Source of the DNA: a virus
Taxonomy: Duplodnaviria > Heunggongvirae > Uroviricota > Caudoviricetes
IMG/VR virus record: IMGVR_UViG_3300037483_001818
Direction: 5' to 3' (one strand)
Length of the DNA stretch: 64,000 nt
The position numbers and the translations under genes were made by a program. Positions 59,826 through 64,000 of the stretch are shown here, one piece after another (position 1 is the stretch's first letter; each line of letters starts with the position of its first letter). The notes beneath the pieces are model-generated. The model was given only the letters and a program-made list of their open reading frames with translations, did no database searches and was not told the origin of the DNA.

Positions 59826-60946
59826 CAGTGAACCTCGGCGATGAGTGCCGCAGGCACCCGGACATCGAAGCGAAGCACGATAGCCCCAGGCTCCTGCGCG
59901 CTGGTGAACGCCTCGGGAACGCCGACAATGTGGAGCCCGCCCTGTTCGAAGAGCGTACGAAGGATCTGCGCCGCGCGAAGGATCCGCGCCACCAGGGTGT
60001 TTCGATCCTCAGCATACGGCTCGTCGATGTGCGTTGCCGGAACGCGGACATCAACACGAAGCACGACTGCCCCCGGCTCCTGTGCGCTGGGCAGTGCTTC
60101 GGGAACGCCGATGATGCGGAGCCCACCCTGGTCGATGCGTGCGCGGAGGAGTTGTTCGGCCTTATCGTCCCGGCTGGGCTCTTCGGCAGTTCGCACCGCG
60201 GTCACCAGCTTGCTGATCGCGCTCAGCGCGGCGTCACGAACGGCCCACGGATGCTCGTGCGCCATGTGTACACGCACGTGTTCGAGCGCCGCTGGCAGCG
60301 CGCGGATCTCCTCCGCTGTCAGGCTGACGTGCAGATCGGAGACTTCGTGCCCGGCGCGGAACTGTAGCCGTGTGGTTTCGACGAGCGCGGTGACGCCAGC
60401 TGCCGGTGCAGCATGGAGGGCGTCGAGCAGCGCGGCGCACGGCGGACACTGCCCGCGTGCACTGTCTCCACCGCACCACATGCATGCGACCAGCGCGGGC
60501 GGAGGCACGATGACCCCAGGGACGTGGACGCTCCGCAGCGGAGCGCAATCGTCGACGACGCACGACCTGAAGTCGCCATGCGGGCACGGCTGATCCATCG
60601 CAGCCTCCTGCGTGGCGGGCGGCGGTAGCTTTGCGAGCTTGTCGAGCGTGGGCCGCACAAGATTGAAGAGCTGCTTTCCCGTGCGCCCCTCGCGCGGAAG
60701 CGGCAGCGTCGTGCTGTGCTCTTCGCAATAGCCGCCCTCGTCGTCATGGACCTCGATCGGTAGCGTGCCGTCAGCCTGCCAGTCCGGCGTGAAGCGGACA
60801 CTGAACGGCAGGTTCTGACGGCTGTAGCAGAAGTAGCCGGGGAATTCGTACGTGAAGCTCCAGCCGTCGTATGGCCCCAGATCACGCAGCTCGTTCATGA
60901 GGCGCTCGACCTCGGTCAATTCGGCGTTCTTGCTCATCACCATCAC
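59825..60946 (-). CDS. multi-module protein with duplicated C-terminal domain
   Basis: QGGL.I.GVPEA..SAQEPGA.VLR.DVRVPA twice, 62 aa apart. Confidence 0.7.
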   Translation of the reverse strand: MMVMSKNAELTEVERLMNELRDLGPYDGWSFTYEFPGYFCYSRQNLPFSVRFTPDWQADGTLPIEVHDDEGGYCEEHSTTLPLPREGRTGKQLFNLVRPTLDKLAKLPPPATQEAAMDQPCPHGDFRSCVVDDCAPLRSVHVPGVIVPPPALVACMWCGGDSARGQCPPCAALLDALHAAPAAGVTALVETTRLQFRAGHEVSDLHVSLTAEEIRALPAALEHVRVHMAHEHPWAVRDAALSAISKLVTAVRTAEEPSRDDKAEQLLRARIDQGGLRIIGVPEALPSAQEPGAVVLRVDVRVPATHIDEPYAEDRNTLVARILRAAQILRTLFEQGGLHIVGVPEAFTSAQEPGAIVLRFDVRVPAALIAEVH

Positions 60947-61122
60947 CAGTCTCCCTTCACGTTCATGGGGCGGATCTTGGTCAGCTCGCTGTAGAAACGG
61001 TAGGCCGCCGCGCAGCCGACGTCGCAGACGACGTCGCCACAAACAACCTGGCCGGTATTGGCGGGCGGCTCGCGCAGCGAGGCGGAGAGCTGGCCGATCT
61101 TGACGTGACGGGCTTCGGTCAT
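60943..61122 (-). CDS. small hypothetical protein, first gene of the leftward operon
   Basis: TACAAT-5 nt-ATG. Confidence 0.55.
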   Translation of the reverse strand: MTEARHVKIGQLSASLREPPANTGQVVCGDVVCDVGCAAAYRFYSELTKIRPMNVKGDW

Positions 61123-61240
61123 GCTCGATTGTAGTGCGAGCCGCGGGCCAGCGCGCGGGCACGCCAGATCTCTCCAAGCTGTCAGATGCACTCGGACGGG
61201 TAGCTAGGTACCCGTGTCGTCAAGCCCCTGGGTAAGGAGA

Positions 61241-61422
61241 TACCCGGATACAGCACGCCACGTGTTTTTTGGTGAGTGTGCCCAGAAACCCCCACCGAAA
61301 ACGGGGGGTTCTCGGGAAACTATCCGGGTTATTGGGAAACGGATTCGACCGTTTCGCGCGTTCTGGGGAAGCGCGTTCTACTTCCGTCGAGTTTCTGGGA
61401 AACGCGAGTTCTACTTCTGTCG
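61241..61422. repeat. structured non-coding element L (hairpins, iteron-like repeats)
   Basis: ACCCGGATA/TATCCGGGT stem; GAAACGG-ATTCGA-CCGTTTC hairpin; GTTCTACTTCYGTCG twice, 33 bp apart. Confidence 0.7.
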
Positions 61423-61648
61423 CGCCCGATCCCATGGCTCCGAAACCACATCGCGAATCGATCCACGGCGCAGTAGCCTGGTCGCATGCAGGTCGTCGAA
61501 GGAGCGCGCGAGCTTCCTTGGATCGAGGCGCTGGCGAGGACGGCGTACGTCGGTCAGTCTTCGTTCACCGCGCCGGGCAGCCGCAGTCGATAGACGTAAC
61601 ACTGTTCGTCGTGCACGTCTGGATAGCGCCGATGTTACGCTTCTTGCG

Positions 61649-62065
61649 ATGAAAAAGTCGGTCGCCCAGCTCGATCGCGAGATCGCCGAAGCACTCATCA
61701 AGACACACGAGACGCCAAGCGGCTTCACGTGTTCGTACGGCAGTGTCGGCGAGATCAACGTCCTATATAAAGAGGACAGCTGCTACGTCGACAACATTGA
61801 AGTCGACCCGAAGTATCAGCGACAGGGCATCGGCACGAGGCTTTGGGAGGCTGCCGCCAACTTCTGCTGGAAGCGCAAGAAGCTCCCTTTGAGATCGGGC
61901 TACATCGTCTCGTCAGACGCACTCGCCTTCTGGCAACGGCAATTCAAGAAGGGACGTGCAACGCGTACCAAGACCGATCCAGAACTCCTCGATCCGGACA
62001 TTGACGACTTCTACAATGAGTACAGCTACACGCTGCGCACCCCACCCCCCAAGGATCTCTCGTGA
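61649..62065 (+). CDS. GNAT acetyltransferase with N-terminal QLDREIAEAL tag
   Basis: YVDNIEVDPKYQRQGIGTRLW (motif A); TGtTACGCT-7 nt-ATG. Confidence 0.85.
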   Translation: MKKSVAQLDREIAEALIKTHETPSGFTCSYGSVGEINVLYKEDSCYVDNIEVDPKYQRQGIGTRLWEAAANFCWKRKKLPLRSGYIVSSDALAFWQRQFKKGRATRTKTDPELLDPDIDDFYNEYSYTLRTPPPKDLS

Positions 62066-62365
62066 GCACATTCGACAAGCTCGTCCACGGCGCCTGTCGT
62101 CATGACGCCTCGGACTCTCGCGCATGCAGTTCGTTCTCAAGCTGCTCGATGTAGAACTGACGTGTCGCTTGGTCTGAGGTCCTGCAAGGTCCGCATGTCT
62201 CGCAGCTCCGTAACAAGGTTGATCGTGGACGAGAACAATTCACGGCTACGGAGTGCCTCGGCGATTCGTTTGATGGGCTTCATCCAGACGACCGATCCGA
62301 CCCGGGTTGTCGCCTAGGTAGTAACGAAATGGACGTATTTCCGATCGTTTTGTTACCATCAAGCA

Positions 62366-62563
62366 ATGACGGACGATCAGCGGCTGATGACGCACCGGCG
62401 CGGCACATGGAAGAGCGCGTGGAACAGCTTGAACAAGGCGTCCACCTATCTCTGGTCCGATCCAGATACAAAGAAACTCGCCCAGGAAGTGGACGCTTTG
62501 ATGATGAAGCTCGACGCGGTCATTGATCGGGAACGGTCGGAACGGAAGACGCGCAGACGATAG
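62366..62563 (+). CDS. small helical hypothetical protein
   Basis: TGtTACCAT-6 nt-ATG. Confidence 0.55.
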   Translation: MTDDQRLMTHRRGTWKSAWNSLNKASTYLWSDPDTKKLAQEVDALMMKLDAVIDRERSERKTRRR

Positions 62564-62576
62564 TTAAACGTGATTC

Positions 62577-63050
62577 ATGACGACGGCCCGAAAGAAGACC
62601 GGCACTCAGCTCGACCGTGAGATCGCTGAAGCGTTGTCGCGAGCCCCTCGCAAGTCCCGGCATCACGCGACGGTCCTCGACGTTGAGTTGAGCCCCTACG
62701 CGTTGCACATCCGCAATGAGAGTGCCGCCACCCTCCGCAGCTTCGGGTATCAGAAACTGGCGACCGGTAGCGCGCGAGGTGAGCCGTACGAGATCTATGG
62801 CGACAACACGGGCTCGTACACCGTCAGGCGGACGAAGGACTTGAGTGAGTTGGCTACGGCGTATGTGGCTGACGACGGCAGGAAAAACTATCTGACCAGC
62901 GTCAGCCTCAACGACCCGAAGTACAAGCGCCTTGGCATCGGCACCGCGCTGTACAACACGATCGAGAAGCACCGTGGGCGGAAACTGGAGCCGAGTCCGA
63001 CGCATCAGTCCGACGAAGCAAAAGCCTTCTGGTCGCGCCGTACACGCTGA
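62577..63050 (+). CDS. GNAT acetyltransferase with N-terminal QLDREIAEAL tag
   Basis: DPKYKRLGIGTALY...QSDEAKAFW. Confidence 0.8.
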   Translation: MTTARKKTGTQLDREIAEALSRAPRKSRHHATVLDVELSPYALHIRNESAATLRSFGYQKLATGSARGEPYEIYGDNTGSYTVRRTKDLSELATAYVADDGRKNYLTSVSLNDPKYKRLGIGTALYNTIEKHRGRKLEPSPTHQSDEAKAFWSRRTR

Positions 63051-63052
63051 CA

Positions 63053-63272
63053 GCGCGGTTCTACTTCTGTCGAGTTTGAGGAAGCGCGGTTCGATTCATG
63101 TCGGCACCCGTGCAAATGCCGTCGGCATCGTGCGCGGCCTGCGTGCAGACTCCGTCGATCGACGCGCGCAGTTTTCGACGGTTGGCTAGGGTTCTGAGGA
63201 AGCCCGAGGGGGTATCTGGGAAACGCGGGGTTTTTGGGCACACTCTTTTTTGGTTTTTTGGTTTTTCGGTTT
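63053..63272. repeat. non-coding element R, related to element L
   Basis: GTTCTACTTCTGTCGAGTTT; TCTGGGAAACGCG; 19-bp inverted copy of 61274-61292; T-rich tract. Confidence 0.7.
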
Positions 63273-63379
63273 CGGCGAGGCGTGCCTCGAAACCACCTCG
63301 GACCTCAGACCTTTTGAGGTAGCCTGCGCGAAGTGAACGCTGCGCATGGCTGCTTGGAGACTGTCCGGCGAAAGGCCAA

Positions 63380-63649
63380 ATGAAACTCGCTTTCTCTTCA
63401 CCTGACGGCGTGATCACGATCCTTGGGGCTTCGGACGTTGCGCCAGGAGCCTCGGATGTTTTGGCAGCACCAACGATCGTGCTTGATGGATCTTGGATGC
63501 GTCCGATCGGGTACCTGACGCCACGTCGTGATGGGAGCTTCATCGCCTACCTTGGCATCGGCGGAGGTTTTGCCAGTCCTCCAGCTCGCGCAATCCGCGT
63601 GCGCGATTGGACGCAGGCCCAACAACTTCTAACGTTCATGGAAATGTAG
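63380..63649 (+). CDS. hypothetical protein
   Basis: ORF. Confidence 0.5.
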   Translation: MKLAFSSPDGVITILGASDVAPGASDVLAAPTIVLDGSWMRPIGYLTPRRDGSFIAYLGIGGGFASPPARAIRVRDWTQAQQLLTFMEM

Positions 63650-63747
63650 ATCATGCCAACCGTTGCACTGCTCGACGCTGCGCTGCTCGACATTTACGTG
63701 CGCACGATCGGTCGACCTCTTGAAGCCGCAGAGGAATCGGTGCTGCC

Positions 63748-63933
63748 ATGATGATCGGTGCAGCGCTTGTTCTAGCGACAACGTCCGCGTTCAACTGGTG
63801 GCGACATGCCCGATGTACTTCATGCACACCACGCTGCCCCAACAAGCACCAGTGCGAAATCTCGGGAAACCAGGGCTTGTTCGCCGCATCAGTGCTCATT
63901 CTGTCCGTAGGCATCTTGGAGAGCATCTTTTGA
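63748..63933 (+). CDS. small TM-Cys-rich-TM protein
   Basis: ATGA overlap; hydrophobic ends, CTSC...C....C. Confidence 0.45.
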   Translation: MMIGAALVLATTSAFNWWRHARCTSCTPRCPNKHQCEISGNQGLFAASVLILSVGILESIF

Positions 63934-64000
63934 AAATCAAAATCGAGGTTGACGGAGAAGTCGCTGAACTGGCCGACGATGAGATCATCAAGGAATTCAC

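Noticed and set aside
61361-61422. Possible mini-CRISPR array
   Set aside because: The repeats are near-abutting and degenerate, with no unique spacers and no cas genes.
61214-61648. N-terminal extension of the GNAT ORF 61214-62065
   Set aside because: It runs through the repeat/hairpin element; the true start is likely ATG 61649.
63080-63110. GGTTCGATTC resembling a tRNA T-loop
   Set aside because: No cloverleaf or acceptor stem around it; it is a degenerate copy of the local repeat.

Overview
This GC-rich window (about 65% by eye) reads as an accessory segment of a large phage or phage-like element. I see no capsid, terminase, polymerase, integrase, rRNA, tRNA or CRISPR array, so the viral assignment is inference. 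Positions 1-39.3 kb are a dense + strand array of small, often Cys-rich hypothetical genes with ATGA/GTGA stop-start overlaps. Recognisable members include two RNA ligases (one HNH-fused), an RNase H-like protein, a BtpA/SgcQ-like barrel, PIN-like, HARE-HTH, RHH and XRE proteins, and antitoxin-like fragments. Positions 39.3-44.8 kb are a mainly - strand surface/lysis module: collagen-like fibres, a duplicated 4-TM protein, a peptidoglycan-binding Cys/His hydrolase and a lipoprotein. Positions 45-61 kb are mostly - strand: ATPase-only RadA, ParB-like, dual-specificity phosphatase, FHA, and an AttH-lipocalin + LuxR cassette. Positions 61.2-64 kb hold two GNATs flanked by inverted and iteron-like repeats at a strand switch. 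The most striking unexplained signal is a ~15-aa peptide, KK(S/T)xxQL(D/N)REIA(E/S)AL, grafted onto five otherwise dissimilar proteins, a candidate portable sorting or packaging tag. A second shared leader sits on three collagen proteins, two of which have near-identical promoters. TAnnnT boxes lying 5-7 nt before start codons suggest widespread leaderless transcription. All family calls are by motif recognition only; no searches were run.
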